Numbered from the stretch's first letter, positions 1 to 11,617 are shown. The stretch is 64,000 bases of DNA from an uncultured Thiotrichales bacterium (GCA_964636225.1 CAZWQM010000003.1:74-64073); one strand, 5' to 3'. Notes: generated by a model not told the origin, from the sequence alone. Program-made: numbers and translations.

Positions 1-156
1 TCATCTGTCGTGGGCAGTATTATCGGGATTACTCTGATTGTCACTAAAGTATTGGGTCGGGATGTTCCCACCCCCTTTGGTCCTTATCTGGCATTGGGTG
101 GCATCATATGTCTGCTATGGGGCCCTGAAGTAAAATCCATTCTTGGTGCTTTTTAG
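1..156 (+). CDS. pilD: type IV prepilin peptidase, C-terminal fragment (start lies outside the window)
   Basis: Frame 1 is open from the window edge to TAG at 154-156. The translation ...GRDVPTPFGPYLALGGIICLLWGPEV... resembles the last membrane segment of prepilin peptidases. The pilD-coaE-zapD order is typical of Gammaproteobacteria. Confidence 0.55.
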   Translation, partial: SSVVGSIIGITLIVTKVLGRDVPTPFGPYLALGGIICLLWGPEVKSILGAF

Positions 157-170
157 CCGCTTGTAATCTC

Positions 171-767
171 ATGTTACGCATAGGTCTTACCGGAGGAATA
201 GGTTCAGGAAAAACTACAGTAAGCGACCTATTTCATTCTCTTTACAATGTTCCGGTTATTGATGCAGATGAAATCAGTCGAAATCTTTTATTACCAAGCG
301 GACGTGCTTATCAAGAAACAATTGAGTTATTTGGCGCGGAATGTTTACTGGAGTCAACGCAAATTGATCGTAAACATATACGAAAAAAAATATTTGCAGA
401 TGATGAGTTACGTGCATCGCTTGAGAAAACTATTCACCCTAAAGTAAAAGATGAAATTGAAATCCAAATTGAATCTTTTACTTCGCAATACTGTCTGATA
501 GTTATTCCGCTGTTAATCGAATCAAACATGCAATTTCTGGTAGACAGAATACTAGTCATTGACACTCATATTCAGAATCAGATTGATCGCGTTATCGCAC
601 GAGATGAGTGCAGCAGAAATCACGTTGAGAATATTGTTACTGCTCAATTAGCCGCAGAAGAACGCCTTAGACACGCGAATGATGTGATTGAGAATAACGG
701 CAATATTGACGATTTAACCCGGCAAATCCACCAAATGCATCAAAAATACTTGGAATTAACCAACTAG
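171..767 (+). CDS. coaE: dephospho-CoA kinase
   Basis: N-terminal P-loop GLTGGIGSGKTT, about 200 aa, located after pilD. Confidence 0.9.
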   Translation: MLRIGLTGGIGSGKTTVSDLFHSLYNVPVIDADEISRNLLLPSGRAYQETIELFGAECLLESTQIDRKHIRKKIFADDELRASLEKTIHPKVKDEIEIQIESFTSQYCLIVIPLLIESNMQFLVDRILVIDTHIQNQIDRVIARDECSRNHVENIVTAQLAAEERLRHANDVIENNGNIDDLTRQIHQMHQKYLELTN

Positions 768-786
768 ACCCTTCATAATTCACACA

Positions 787-1557
787 ATGTCTTCTTTAAT
801 CCATTTCGAACAGCCGTTGAATGAGCGCATTCGCACGTTCATGCGTGTCGAACAGCTCTATAACCGCTGTGTGTATTACTTAAACAAAGAAGCTCCTATG
901 GATAGCCATTCCGCTCTGTCCGCACTGCTTGAGTTAATGGGCCTGGTCTCGCGTGGAGACTTAAAAAGAGAATTAATGAAGGAAGTCAAGCGGCAACTGA
1001 CTAACCTTCAACAGTTACACAGCACCCCTAATCTGGACCAAAATAAACTGGAAAAATTAATTTCCGAACATTCGTCATTGATTAACGATCTGGATAATCA
1101 GCCAGGGCAGCTGGTTACACATTTGAAGGATAATGACTTCATTAGCTGCATTAGACAACGCGCTGCAATACCAGGAGGGACCTGCGACTTTGACTTACCC
1201 GCGTTTCACTATTGGCTGACTCAACCCAGCGTTAAACGCAGGGATGTAATTCAGGCATGGTTACACCCGTTCGATGTGGTACATAAAACTGTTGTTCACT
1301 GTCTGGAATTAATCAGAAGCAGTTCTGAAGTTGAAAATTGCATTGCAGCAAACGGTTTTTATCAAAGAACGCTTAATAAAAACCACCCCAACCAACTAAT
1401 ACGCGTACTGGTGGAAATTCACGAAGAATGCTTCCCTGAAATCAGCGCCGGAAAACATCGATTTTCTATACGCTTTTTAACACAAACTAACCCTAACCAA
1501 TACCCCAAACAAGTAGATCGGGATATTCATTTCAAAATTGCCTGCTGCGCATTTTAA
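787..1557 (+). CDS. zapD: cell division protein ZapD (YacF family)
   Basis: The N-terminus IHFEQPLNERIRTFMRVEQLY matches the conserved ZapD start. It lies directly downstream of coaE, as in E. coli and Pseudomonas. Confidence 0.85.
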   Translation: MSSLIHFEQPLNERIRTFMRVEQLYNRCVYYLNKEAPMDSHSALSALLELMGLVSRGDLKRELMKEVKRQLTNLQQLHSTPNLDQNKLEKLISEHSSLINDLDNQPGQLVTHLKDNDFISCIRQRAAIPGGTCDFDLPAFHYWLTQPSVKRRDVIQAWLHPFDVVHKTVVHCLELIRSSSEVENCIAANGFYQRTLNKNHPNQLIRVLVEIHEECFPEISAGKHRFSIRFLTQTNPNQYPKQVDRDIHFKIACCAF

Positions 1558-2552
1558 ATATTAAAAGCACGAATCGCCGCAATGCCTTGTGCACCGTACA
1601 CTCTGGCATTGTGACAATCTTCAAGACTCATCCCTCCGAGTGCATACACAGGACAATTCGCGATTACGCACAACTGACTAAAACGGTTCCATCCCAATTC
1701 TTGCAAATCTGTATGACTCCTGGTTTTATTCACAGAACCGATCAGCACGCATCGCACACCTAATGCATTAGCCATCACAACTTCTTCTTCATTATGACAA
1801 GACGCCGAAAAAACATTTATATTTTTATAATGTGGCAACTGTTGATGAGCCTCACGCAAACGCGAACTGTTAAGATGTATTGCTTGCAGCCCAATTTCAT
1901 TTGCTACAGAAACATCCACATTACATACCAACTTAGCACCAGATTTTGCGCATAGTGCGATTAGCTGCTTTGCATTTTTTATATAAATGGCTTTATCTTC
2001 ATTTTTTGCTCGATATTGAATCAGTGATACGCCTGCCTTGAGTTGTTTTTCGACGATAGAAAATAATCGATCTCCAAATACATCGCGGTCGGCAATCATA
2101 TAAGTATCCGGCATAGTCAAAGCATCCAGCATAGCTGTATTGGCAGCCGGAAAGTCGAGCTGCGCTAACTGATTAGGTGATATCCATTGCAGATCCTGAC
2201 CTTCACATGATTTCACATCACCTCTAAAGCCGCTGACTTTAAAAACCTGGAAGTGAAGATGCCTGTCTTTATATTGATGTTGAAATTCAATCAGTTTCTG
2301 CAGAGTATGCGCATGTATTCCTAGCTCTTCATGCAGCTCACGTCTAAGTGCGATTTTAAAAGATTCATGTGATTCGAGTTTTCCACCTGGAAACTCCCAG
2401 CATTCGGCTAAATGAACACCGCGCTTTCTTTTGCCCACCAAAATCTGTTTATGTAGGTCTTCAATAATGCCGACACATATGCGCTGATTAGGTATTAACA
2501 AAACAGACGAAAAATTAGCTGCGGTAATCGGCATTGATGCTGACATATTCAT
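1554..2552 (-). CDS. mutT: Nudix hydrolase (MutT-like) fused to a thiamine-phosphate-synthase-like (TMP-TENI) C-terminal domain
   Basis: Nudix box GGKLESHESFKIALRRELHEELGI in the N-terminal half. The C-terminal half (LIQYRAK..., ...GSVNKTRSH..., ALGGM) looks ThiE-like. Its stop overlaps the convergent zapD stop (TTTAAA). The exact start is uncertain (Met codons at 2552, 2546 and 2534), and the gene overlaps the argJ 3-prime end. Confidence 0.8.
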   Translation of the reverse strand: MNMSASMPITAANFSSVLLIPNQRICVGIIEDLHKQILVGKRKRGVHLAECWEFPGGKLESHESFKIALRRELHEELGIHAHTLQKLIEFQHQYKDRHLHFQVFKVSGFRGDVKSCEGQDLQWISPNQLAQLDFPAANTAMLDALTMPDTYMIADRDVFGDRLFSIVEKQLKAGVSLIQYRAKNEDKAIYIKNAKQLIALCAKSGAKLVCNVDVSVANEIGLQAIHLNSSRLREAHQQLPHYKNINVFSASCHNEEEVVMANALGVRCVLIGSVNKTRSHTDLQELGWNRFSQLCVIANCPVYALGGMSLEDCHNARVYGAQGIAAIRAFNI

Positions 2553-3732
2553 GAGTTAAATCTGTCGTCCACACGGTATGCTTGGCTTTGCCTATATTAA
2601 GCTGAATTTTTATTTCAATCTCATCTGCTTGCATCGCGCGCTTACCTGCCTGCTCGGTATAGCTTTCATCCAACTCACCTTTGTCCATAACAGATACTCC
2701 ATTGATAGACAGACTGGCCTGTAATAACTGTAAATCCTTGTCCTCACATTTTCCTGCAGCCGCCATAATCCGACCCCAATTAGGGTCACTCGCGGCGAGC
2801 GCAGTTTTTACCAATGGAGAATTTGCCACACAATACGCAACCGCTTTAGCCTGCTGCGAATGACTGGCGCTCTCAATACATACTGTGACAAATTTAGTCG
2901 CTCCTTCACCATCTCGTACGATAGCCTGAGCCAGCCTTTGCATAATCCACTGCAAAGCTTTTTCAAATTGCTTTTGTTCTCCATCTGTCAGCTGCTGATA
3001 ACTGACCTCTGATTTACCGGTGGCAATCAATACGCTGGAGTCATTGGTCGATGTATCACTATCAACCGTAATTGAATTAAAAGATTGATCAACCGCTTTC
3101 GAATGTAATGCCTGTAATGCAGCTTGTGGAATTTCCAAATCTGTTGCCATATACGACAGCATGGTGGCCATATTAGGCTGTATCATGCCAGAGCCCTTGG
3201 CAATTCCGCTAATAACAACATTCTTCCCCGCGATATTGATAATTTTACTGTATGCCTTGGCTATTGTATCTGTCGTCATAATAGCTTTAGCAGCCTGCAG
3301 CCAATGATCTTGTGACAGGGATTTCCCTAATTCAGGCAATTGCTTTTTAATTTTGCTTACATCCAGGACTTCACCGATTACACCCGTCGAAAAAGGTAGT
3401 ACCTGCTCCGGTATTACTTGCAAATGTTGCGCAACGGCTTTGGTAGTTGCCAACGCGGCCTGCATACCTAGCTGACCAGTACCGGCATTGGCATTACCGG
3501 CATTTATAATCAAGTAACGTGGCGTGTTATTTTTAAGGTTATTAATCGCTAGTGTTACAGGTGCTGCACAAAATTTATTTTGCGTAAATACTGCGGCCAC
3601 ACTGGATTGTGGTGCAATCTCTATAAGCAGCAAATCATCTCGCCCAGAATAACGAATACCTGCAGCCGCTGTAGCTAAACGAACACCTTCAACAGGTAAT
3701 ACCTGTGTTGGTTCTGAAAGGTTAACCGCCAT
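2515..3732 (-). CDS. argJ: bifunctional ornithine acetyltransferase / N-acetylglutamate synthase
   Basis: 405 aa with the autoprocessing-site context ...ATMLSYMATD... and a C-terminal ...INADYRS typical of ArgJ. Confidence 0.92.
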   Translation of the reverse strand: MAVNLSEPTQVLPVEGVRLATAAAGIRYSGRDDLLLIEIAPQSSVAAVFTQNKFCAAPVTLAINNLKNNTPRYLIINAGNANAGTGQLGMQAALATTKAVAQHLQVIPEQVLPFSTGVIGEVLDVSKIKKQLPELGKSLSQDHWLQAAKAIMTTDTIAKAYSKIINIAGKNVVISGIAKGSGMIQPNMATMLSYMATDLEIPQAALQALHSKAVDQSFNSITVDSDTSTNDSSVLIATGKSEVSYQQLTDGEQKQFEKALQWIMQRLAQAIVRDGEGATKFVTVCIESASHSQQAKAVAYCVANSPLVKTALAASDPNWGRIMAAAGKCEDKDLQLLQASLSINGVSVMDKGELDESYTEQAGKRAMQADEIEIKIQLNIGKAKHTVWTTDLTHEYVSINADYRS

Positions 3733-3755
3733 TATTTATACTCACAGACATGAAC

Positions 3756-6488
3756 CTATGAAAACTTGCCATGGCATTGCTTGTATTTTTTACCTGAACC
3801 ACATGGGCAGGGCTCATTTCGCCCGACTTTTTTATCGGCTCGAACTACAGTATCTGGTTTTGCCATATCTTCAGCAGAATTGGCACGCGCCGTAGCTTCT
3901 GTCTCTCCCGGATGAAGGATATCCGCTGCCTGTTCATGCTGTAATTGCAAGCCGTCCACATCGGGGGCTGTTTCAGGGATAATCGGCGCGACTTCCTCAG
4001 GTGACTGAAACTTCACATGACAGAGAAAAGTAATCGTATCCTGTTTAATTTCTTCAAGCATTTGCTGAAACATTTCAAATGCTTCACGTTTATACTCTTG
4101 TTTGGGATTTTTTTGCGCATATCCACGCAGACCAATACTTTGCCTGAGGTAATCCATTGCCGCCAGATGCTCTTTCCATTTGGTATCCAGCACTTGTAAC
4201 ATGACGTCTTTTTCAAGACGTCTCATCATTTCATTACCCAACAGTTGTTGTTTTTCATCCAAGAGGTTTTTAACCGCCGCATGGATTAGCTCACGCAGTG
4301 GCTCTTCGTAAAGATTGTCATCCCTATCCATCCAGTCCTGAATAGGTAAATCAACGTTTACTTCTTTCTGCAACGCTTTGGACAAGCCATCTACATCCCA
4401 TTGCTCAGCCATACTGTTCGGCCTGATGAAGGTATCAATAGCATTAGTCACCACATCGAAACGTATGCCTTCAATATTTTCAGAAATATCTTCCAAGCCC
4501 ATCAGTTCATTACGCTGCTGATATATTACTTTACGCTGATCATTCGCCACGTCATCATATTCAAGCAGATTTTTGCGAATATCGAAGTTATGTGATTCAA
4601 CCTTGCGTTGCGCATTCTCAATCGCTTTGGACACCCATGGATGCTCAATGGATTCACCCTTTTCCATGCCCAGTTTTTGCATCAGGGTGCGTACACGGTC
4701 TGATGCAAAGATGCGCATCAAATTATCCTCAAGAGAAAGATAAAAACGGCTTGATCCTGGGTCACCCTGCCGGCCTGCCCGGCCACGCAACTGGTTATCA
4801 ATGCGTCTGGATTCGTGTCGTTCCGTGCCAATGATATGCAGTCCACCGGCATTCAATACTTTTTCGTGCTGAAGCTTCCAGTCAGTTTTTATTTGTTCAA
4901 TCTGTTGCGCGTCGGCCTTTTCACCCAGCGCTTCAATTTCTGCTTCAAGATTTCCTCCGAGCACAATATCTGTTCCACGACCTGCCATGTTGGTCGCTAT
5001 GGTCACAGTACCCGCCTTGCCCGCCTGGGCAATGATTTGCGACTCGGAAGCATGATGCTTGGCATTCAGTACCTGATGATCAATTTTTGCAGCAGTAAGC
5101 ATTTTGGACAGATGCTCCGAGGCTTCAATGGATGCGGTACCAACCAAAACTGGCTGCTGCCTTTCAATGCAATTTTTGACATCATCGATAATCGCTTCAA
5201 ATTTTTCCTGTAGCGTTAGATACACCAGATCACCGAGATCCTCCCGGGCCATTTCTCTATTCGTAGGCACCACGACTACTTCAAGACCATAGATAGACTG
5301 AAATTCAAATGCTTCAGTATCTGCCGTTCCGGTCATACCACTAAGTTTTTCGTACAGGCGAAAATAATTCTGGAAAGTAATAGAAGCAAGTGTCTGATTC
5401 TCATTTTGGATTTTCACACCCTCTTTGGCTTCTACCGCCTGGTGCAGACCTTCTGACCATCTTCGTCCGGGCATAGTTCGTCCGGTAAATTCATCAACAA
5501 TAATGACTTCACCATTGCGCACGATGTAATCCACATTTTTGTGAAATAATACATTGGCGCGAAGCGAAGCATTAACATGATGTAGCAAGTTGATATTGGC
5601 AATGTCATACAAAGAATCTTCTTCAGCCAACAGACCGGCTTTGGTCAACAGATCTTCAATGTGTTGATGTCCCTGTTCACTTAAGTGTACCTGTCTGGAT
5701 TTTTCATCAACAAAGTAATCACCCTCGCTTTCTTCAGAAGCCTGCTGAACCAGACTCGGCACAATTTTATCGACTTTAAGGTATAACTCGGAACTGTCGT
5801 CTGTAGGGCCGGAAATGATCAATGGTGTTCTTGCTTCATCTATCAGGATTGAATCCACTTCATCGACGACTGCAAAATACAGATCACGCTGGGAACGCTG
5901 TTCCGCAGAAAACTTCATATTGTCACGTAAATAATCAAAACCAAATTCGTTATTGGTCCCATAGGTAATATCTGCGGCGTAAGCCGCTTTACGTTGTTCA
6001 TCACTCAAGCCACTGACAATCACACCTACACTAAGACCGAGAAAGTTATACAGCTTGCCCATCCATTCCGCATCACGCTTAGCCAAGTAATCATTCACGG
6101 TAATAACGTGCACACTTTTACCTACCAGAGCATTTAGATAGACAGGCAAGGTGGCCACCAGTGTTTTACCTTCACCGGTTCTCATTTCAGCAATATTGCC
6201 GTCATTTAGCACCATGCCGCCAATTAGTTGCACATCAAAATGGCGCATTCCCAGGACTCGTTGTCCTGCTTCACGAACGACAGCGAATGCTTCAGGAAGC
6301 AATGAATTTAATTCAGCACCGTCTTGTAGTCGCTGTTTGAATTGCTGAGTTTGCTGGGCAAGTTCTGAGTCACTCAGACTTTTAAAGGACTCTTCGAGTT
6401 GATTAATTTGAGTAATAAGTTTTTTGTAGCGAGACAGTATGCGCTGATTGCGACTACCAAAAACTTTTTTTGCTAGCTTTCCGATCAT
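3756..6488 (-). CDS. secA: preprotein translocase ATPase SecA
   Basis: 910 aa with Walker A MRTGEGKT, a DEAD-like [19 protein letters not shown] motif and the C-terminal zinc finger [14 protein letters not shown]. Confidence 0.97.
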   Translation of the reverse strand: MIGKLAKKVFGSRNQRILSRYKKLITQINQLEESFKSLSDSELAQQTQQFKQRLQDGAELNSLLPEAFAVVREAGQRVLGMRHFDVQLIGGMVLNDGNIAEMRTGEGKTLVATLPVYLNALVGKSVHVITVNDYLAKRDAEWMGKLYNFLGLSVGVIVSGLSDEQRKAAYAADITYGTNNEFGFDYLRDNMKFSAEQRSQRDLYFAVVDEVDSILIDEARTPLIISGPTDDSSELYLKVDKIVPSLVQQASEESEGDYFVDEKSRQVHLSEQGHQHIEDLLTKAGLLAEEDSLYDIANINLLHHVNASLRANVLFHKNVDYIVRNGEVIIVDEFTGRTMPGRRWSEGLHQAVEAKEGVKIQNENQTLASITFQNYFRLYEKLSGMTGTADTEAFEFQSIYGLEVVVVPTNREMAREDLGDLVYLTLQEKFEAIIDDVKNCIERQQPVLVGTASIEASEHLSKMLTAAKIDHQVLNAKHHASESQIIAQAGKAGTVTIATNMAGRGTDIVLGGNLEAEIEALGEKADAQQIEQIKTDWKLQHEKVLNAGGLHIIGTERHESRRIDNQLRGRAGRQGDPGSSRFYLSLEDNLMRIFASDRVRTLMQKLGMEKGESIEHPWVSKAIENAQRKVESHNFDIRKNLLEYDDVANDQRKVIYQQRNELMGLEDISENIEGIRFDVVTNAIDTFIRPNSMAEQWDVDGLSKALQKEVNVDLPIQDWMDRDDNLYEEPLRELIHAAVKNLLDEKQQLLGNEMMRRLEKDVMLQVLDTKWKEHLAAMDYLRQSIGLRGYAQKNPKQEYKREAFEMFQQMLEEIKQDTITFLCHVKFQSPEEVAPIIPETAPDVDGLQLQHEQAADILHPGETEATARANSAEDMAKPDTVVRADKKVGRNEPCPCGSGKKYKQCHGKFS

Positions 6489-6672
6489 TTTTTATGCTTG
6501 AGACACTTGTGTGAAGGTTAATTTTATAATCTGGGGCAGTATATATGGGTTTCAATGCAAGAATATTAAGAATTACGCAGGTTCAACCAAGCGAACCGCA
6601 TATACTGAATATGTCTGGCGGGTATGCCAAAAGTTCAAATTAAAGAGAGATTTAGACGCCGTGTTGGGTGTG

Positions 6673-7599
6673 CTAGTTGCCTTGCTTGGAACGAATAAAT
6701 TTCATTGGATCAACACGCACTCCATTTTTGAGCACTTCAAAATGAACATGGGGCCCCGTCGATCTGCCCGTGCTGCCCATTTTAGCAATTACCTGCCCTT
6801 TCTTCACTGTTTGTCCGGCTTTTACGACCAACTTATCGTTGTGCCCATAGCGTGTGACATAACCGTTGCCATGATCAATTTCGACTAAGTTTCCGTAAGC
6901 AGTATGATCTTCCGCTTCTGTGACAACGCCACCAGCAACAGAAATAACATCAGAATAGTATTTAGCTGCAAAATCCACTCCTCGATGAAACTCCTGTTTA
7001 CCCGTAAAGGGATCAGCGCGCTTACCAAAATGAGATGAAATCCAGCCTTTTGCCACGGGTCGGCCTTGAGGATAGATCTCCTCTCGAAGGTTTCGGCTAG
7101 TCAACATCACATCGAGTGTATGCAGTTTATTTTCCTGAGTCTGTAGCTGGGATGAGATGGTTGCCATGGTCTGCTCCATACTGGCCAGCACATCTTGATT
7201 TGCCGCGTCTCCGTAAGAATCAGGACCTCCGAAGCCAGGTGGCTGGGTAAAGTCAATTTCCAGTCCGTCCAGATCGGCCATATTCATCAATTTATTCCCC
7301 AAAGCATCCAGACGATTGATGTGCGCCTGGTAATAAGCAATCTTTTGTGTCAGGGCTTCGATATTTGCATTACTCTCAGAGCGCACCTGCTCCAATTGAT
7401 TCTTTTGAATTTGAATATCGTGCTTCCACTCAGTGACGATGTTCTGGTGCCCGTATTTTACACCCAACCAGTAACCACCCCCCAGAAAGACTGCCATTAG
7501 CAGAAGTCCAAAGACCAGTGCGATTAGAAATTGCTCTGGGCTAAAGTAGCGTACACTATATAATCGTCGACCCGAGCGCGGTACTATAGTCAAGTTCAT
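6673..7599 (-). CDS. M23 family metallopeptidase (membrane-anchored, coiled-coil)
   Basis: N-terminal TM helix, central coiled coil, and C-terminal LytM motifs HRGVDFAA and GSTGRSTGPHVHFEV. Confidence 0.85.
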   Translation of the reverse strand: MNLTIVPRSGRRLYSVRYFSPEQFLIALVFGLLLMAVFLGGGYWLGVKYGHQNIVTEWKHDIQIQKNQLEQVRSESNANIEALTQKIAYYQAHINRLDALGNKLMNMADLDGLEIDFTQPPGFGGPDSYGDAANQDVLASMEQTMATISSQLQTQENKLHTLDVMLTSRNLREEIYPQGRPVAKGWISSHFGKRADPFTGKQEFHRGVDFAAKYYSDVISVAGGVVTEAEDHTAYGNLVEIDHGNGYVTRYGHNDKLVVKAGQTVKKGQVIAKMGSTGRSTGPHVHFEVLKNGVRVDPMKFIRSKQGN

Positions 7600-7677
7600 A
7601 GTCAGATGTAAATTCCGTTATGCCAATATACCCTGCTTATTATAACTTGCATCATACTAGGTAGATATCCAGTAAAC

Positions 7678-8085
7678 ATGATGAAATCGCCAATGCGCCC
7701 GATACATTCACTGATTGATGCGAAACTGTTAAATCGAACACAAAATGTACAATATTTAACGGATAGTCTGCACAGCCGCCTATCTTTTGAACTTCGTCAA
7801 CATTGCTGGGTTATCGATATTATCGGCAATACTCTGGTAATTATTACTGATAATGCCGAAAGAGCCACCATTTTGAGATACCAGCAACATGAAATATTAA
7901 AACAAATTAATGAAGAGTTTTCCGATTCATTGCAAGTACCTGTCAGACGTATAAAAATTAAAACGGATTACAGTTTATCCTTATTAAAGCCGGAAAATAT
8001 TCAGACAACTAAAAGAACTCCCGCACAACTTTCAAGCGCCAAAAAACACTGTCAGCAAATGTTATCTTATCTGAAAAGTAATTAA
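7678..8085 (+). CDS. DUF721 / DciA-like protein
   Basis: 135 aa. Its size and its position between the M23 peptidase and lpxC match the conserved gammaproteobacterial DUF721 gene. Assignment is by synteny and general sequence resemblance only. Confidence 0.55.
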   Translation: MMKSPMRPIHSLIDAKLLNRTQNVQYLTDSLHSRLSFELRQHCWVIDIIGNTLVIITDNAERATILRYQQHEILKQINEEFSDSLQVPVRRIKIKTDYSLSLLKPENIQTTKRTPAQLSSAKKHCQQMLSYLKSN

Positions 8086-8087
8086 CG

Positions 8088-9011
8088 CTACGCAGCGGTG
8101 GCAGTCGCAGCAGTTTCCGAATACAGAATAGGCACTTCCTGTGAGTATTTTTCAAAAGTTACTTCTTCCCAGGCCGTTGAGTCATTGAGTAAGGTTTTTA
8201 ACAGCTTATTATTCAATTCGTGCCCGGACTTATAGCCTTTAAACGAGCCAATCAGGCTATGCCCCAACAAGTACAAGTCGCCGATAGCATCCAGAATTTT
8301 ATGCTTAACAAACTCATCTTCGTAACGTAGCCCATCTTCATTGAGTATTTTTTGATCATCTACCGCAATGGCATTATCCAGGCTGCCGCCCAGTGCCAGA
8401 TTCTGTGCACGAAGAAATTCAAAGTCTCTCAGAAAACCAAAGGTTCGTGAACGACACACTTCTTTGACAAATGAGGTAGAAGAGAAATCTATTTCGGCAA
8501 ATTGTGGCCTGGCTTGAAATACTGGATGATCGAAATCTATGGTGAAGGCGACTTTAAATCCATTGTAAGGTTGAAACTCTGCCCACCGATCCTGATCAAC
8601 CACCCTTACAGGCTTTTTAATCCTGACAAAAGTTTTGGCCACCGCCTGTTCCTGGACGCCAGCGGACTGAAGTAAAAATACAAAAGGACTGGCACTGCCA
8701 TCCATAATTGGTACTTCAGGACCGGACAACTCAACAAATAAGTTATCAATTCCGAGGCCCGCAATCGCAGATAGCAAATGCTCTACTGTAGACACTTTGA
8801 CACCATTTTTTTCCAGCGAGGTGGATAACTGGGTATCCCCCACATTATCGATACACGCTTTTATCCGTGGGGAGTCTTGTATGTCAGAACGCATAAATAT
8901 AATTCCCGAATTTTCTTGGGCAGGTCGCAAGGTAAGATGAATTTTCTCACCAGTGTGGAGGCCGACTCCACTGGCACGAATCACATTTTTTAACGTTCTT
9001 TGTGTAATCAT
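8088..9011 (-). CDS. lpxC: UDP-3-O-acyl-N-acetylglucosamine deacetylase
   Basis: N-terminus [24 protein letters not shown] and internal ...STVEHLLSA...HELNN... are typical LpxC. It sits downstream of ftsZ. Confidence 0.95.
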   Translation of the reverse strand: MITQRTLKNVIRASGVGLHTGEKIHLTLRPAQENSGIIFMRSDIQDSPRIKACIDNVGDTQLSTSLEKNGVKVSTVEHLLSAIAGLGIDNLFVELSGPEVPIMDGSASPFVFLLQSAGVQEQAVAKTFVRIKKPVRVVDQDRWAEFQPYNGFKVAFTIDFDHPVFQARPQFAEIDFSSTSFVKEVCRSRTFGFLRDFEFLRAQNLALGGSLDNAIAVDDQKILNEDGLRYEDEFVKHKILDAIGDLYLLGHSLIGSFKGYKSGHELNNKLLKTLLNDSTAWEEVTFEKYSQEVPILYSETAATATAA

Positions 9012-9166
9012 ATTATGAGTTCTCAGAATGTAATATTAATTCGACCCGGCCAAAGTTGCAATTGCGAATCGTTATCAATAAGACCGCGGCTTCTTACTAC
9101 TAACTGGTTGTTTATATGACCAGACATGTCCCACAAAATTCCCAGGCAACTCATTTCATAAGTCGA

Positions 9167-10321
9167 CTAATCCGCTTGTCGACGTAGAAATGCCGGGATA
9201 TCTAGCAAATCTTCATTATAAGAACCATCTGCCACATGCTTTGCTTCTGCCTCATCTGCTCGTATCTTGGTCGGTCGATCCAACTCTACATACTCGCTAT
9301 CTCTTTCAATCCGGGTCATGCTCGGCTCAACAAGAGTCACTTTCGCGGGAGCTGTGGCGGCATTTTGCACACCCAAACCTGTGGCAACCAGTGTGACACG
9401 CAGTCTTTCTTCCATGGATTCATCAATCGCGGTACCCACTACTACCGTAGCATCTTCAGAAGCCAATGCTTCGATATGAGAACCCACTTCAGCAATCTCA
9501 TTCATGCCAATGTTCGGACCTGCAGTAATGTTGACCAATATACCGCGTGCGCCGGTGATATTCACATCCTCCAAAAGAGGGCTTGATATTGCGGCTTCGG
9601 CTGCTTCTCGTGCCCGCTCCGCACCGATGCCGGTACCCGAACCCATCATAGCCATGCCCATTTCTGACATTACCGTACGTACATCTGCAAAATCCACATT
9701 AATTAGGCCCGGGCAAGTGATTAATTCGGCGATTCCTTGAACCGCACCCAGCAGTACATCATTGGCTGCACGAAACGCTTCCAGCAGACTTATATTCTGA
9801 CCTAACACCGTTAATAACTTTTCATTTGGGATCGTAATCAATGAATCTACATGATTGGATAGCTCTTCAATGCCACGATTGGCAATCTGTGCGCGTTTGG
9901 TCCCTTCAAATGGAAACGGTTTGGTAACCACTGCAACTGTCAGGATTCCCAGTTCTTTAGCCACTTCAGCGACAATCGGTGCCGCACCGGTTCCGGTACC
10001 ACCACCCATACCTGCTGTAATAAACAACATGTCAGCACCTGCAATCACATCGTGAATTCGATCCCGGTCTTCCAAAGCTGACTGGCGACCAATTTCAGGA
10101 TTAGCGCCCGCACCCAGACCTTTGGTTATTTCCGTTCCCAACTGTAATGTAGTCTTTGCATTTGTTCGCTGTAGCGCTTGTGAATCTGTATTGGCGCATA
10201 TGAAATCGACGCCCTCAATTTTAGCATTGACCATGTGCTGTACCGCGTTGCCACCACCGCCGCCAACACCAATGACTTTTATTACCGCATTTTGTCCGTA
10301 TGCATCTATCAACTCAAACAT
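9167..10321 (-). CDS. ftsZ: cell division GTPase FtsZ
   Basis: Tubulin signature GGGTGTGAAP plus the N-terminal IKVIGVGGGGGNAV. Confidence 0.97.
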   Translation of the reverse strand: MFELIDAYGQNAVIKVIGVGGGGGNAVQHMVNAKIEGVDFICANTDSQALQRTNAKTTLQLGTEITKGLGAGANPEIGRQSALEDRDRIHDVIAGADMLFITAGMGGGTGTGAAPIVAEVAKELGILTVAVVTKPFPFEGTKRAQIANRGIEELSNHVDSLITIPNEKLLTVLGQNISLLEAFRAANDVLLGAVQGIAELITCPGLINVDFADVRTVMSEMGMAMMGSGTGIGAERAREAAEAAISSPLLEDVNITGARGILVNITAGPNIGMNEIAEVGSHIEALASEDATVVVGTAIDESMEERLRVTLVATGLGVQNAATAPAKVTLVEPSMTRIERDSEYVELDRPTKIRADEAEAKHVADGSYNEDLLDIPAFLRRQAD

Positions 10322-10360
10322 TTTGTTTCTCCTCTAGTCACGAGTTTTCACTCGATAAAA

Positions 10361-11602
10361 TTAAAAATTACCTTTAACCCAATTTTTTACTTTCCCAAAT
10401 ACTGCTGCCAGTCCCCCGCCGCTATATTTCTTTTGTTCTGAAGATTGCTGACTAAGATGCCCAAACAGTAACAGTCCAACACCTGTGGCATGAATGGGAT
10501 TACGTACAACATCAATTAGCCCTGTCACATATTGTGGAACGCCCAAACGTACCGGCATATGAAAAACTTCTTCCGCCAGCTCCACCACGCCTTCCATTTT
10601 TGAGCTTCCACCGGTGAGAACTATGCCTGCCGCAATTAGGTTTTCATAACCACTGCGCCTCAACTCTGCCAGTATTAAAGACATTAATTCTTCATAGCGT
10701 GGCTCAACCACTTCGGCCAGCGTCTGTCTCGACAGTCTTCTTGGCGCACGCTCACCTACGCTGGGTACTTCAATCACATCATCAGGATTGGTTAGCTGGC
10801 GTAATGCGCAAGCGTATTTGATTTTTATTTCTTCGGCATGTTGGGTCGGTGTGCGCATGGCAATCGCAATATCATTAGTAACCTGATCCCCGGCAATGGG
10901 AATCACCGCCGTATGTTTGATTGCGCCCTCAGTGAATACAGCAATGTCTGTGGTACCCCCACCAATATCAACCAAACAGATACCTAACTCTTTCTCGTCT
11001 TCTGTTAATACGGAATAACTCGAAGCCAGTTGTTCCAGAATGATATCGTCCGCCTGCAAACCGCAGCGCTCTATACACTTAACAATATTTTGTGCAGCGG
11101 ACACCGCTCCGGTAACAAGATGCACTTTCGCTTCCATACGAACTCCTGACATTCCAATGGGTTCGCGTATTCCCTCTTGCTGATCGATAATAAATTCTTG
11201 TGGGAGCACATGAAGTACTTTTTGATCCGCAGGAATCGCCACAGCTCTTGCAGCATCGATAACGCGCTCAACATCTCCTTCTAACACTTCGCGATCTCTA
11301 ATCGCAACAATACCATGTGAGTTCATACTTCTGATATGACTACCTGCAATCCCCGCATAGACTGAATGTATCTGACAACCCGCCATCAATTCCGCTTCCT
11401 CAATGGCGCGCTGTATTGACTGCACAGTTGACTCGATATTAACTACCACTCCTTTCTTTAATCCTCGCGAGGGATGTGTACCGATACCAATAATTTCCAA
11501 CTCATTGTCTTCAGTAATTTCAGCCACAATCGCAACAATTTTTGAGGTGCCAATATCCAGCCCTACTATCATTCCGCTTTCAGATTTCTTATTCATATAC
11601 AT
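10361..11602 (-). CDS. ftsA: cell division protein FtsA
   Basis: Actin-like ATPase motifs (VGLDIGTSKI, DIGGGTTD) and dcw position. Confidence 0.95.
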   Translation of the reverse strand: MYMNKKSESGMIVGLDIGTSKIVAIVAEITEDNELEIIGIGTHPSRGLKKGVVVNIESTVQSIQRAIEEAELMAGCQIHSVYAGIAGSHIRSMNSHGIVAIRDREVLEGDVERVIDAARAVAIPADQKVLHVLPQEFIIDQQEGIREPIGMSGVRMEAKVHLVTGAVSAAQNIVKCIERCGLQADDIILEQLASSYSVLTEDEKELGICLVDIGGGTTDIAVFTEGAIKHTAVIPIAGDQVTNDIAIAMRTPTQHAEEIKIKYACALRQLTNPDDVIEVPSVGERAPRRLSRQTLAEVVEPRYEELMSLILAELRRSGYENLIAAGIVLTGGSSKMEGVVELAEEVFHMPVRLGVPQYVTGLIDVVRNPIHATGVGLLLFGHLSQQSSEQKKYSGGGLAAVFGKVKNWVKGNF

Positions 11603-11617
11603 TAATAAATTATTAAA

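Noticed and set aside
6511-6888. 125-aa plus-strand ORF in the secA/M23 spacer.
   Set aside because: Its second half is antisense to the conserved M23 catalytic domain. It has no SD and no family resemblance.
9190-10441. Cluster of plus-strand ORFs (66-116 aa) antisense to ftsZ and the ftsA end.
   Set aside because: These are typical antisense shadow ORFs inside a strongly conserved gene, with Pro/Ser/Ala-rich or low-complexity translations. The same reasoning applies to the antisense ORFs inside secA (4013-6348), murC, murG, ftsW, dsrL, dsrB, fadB, fadE and others.
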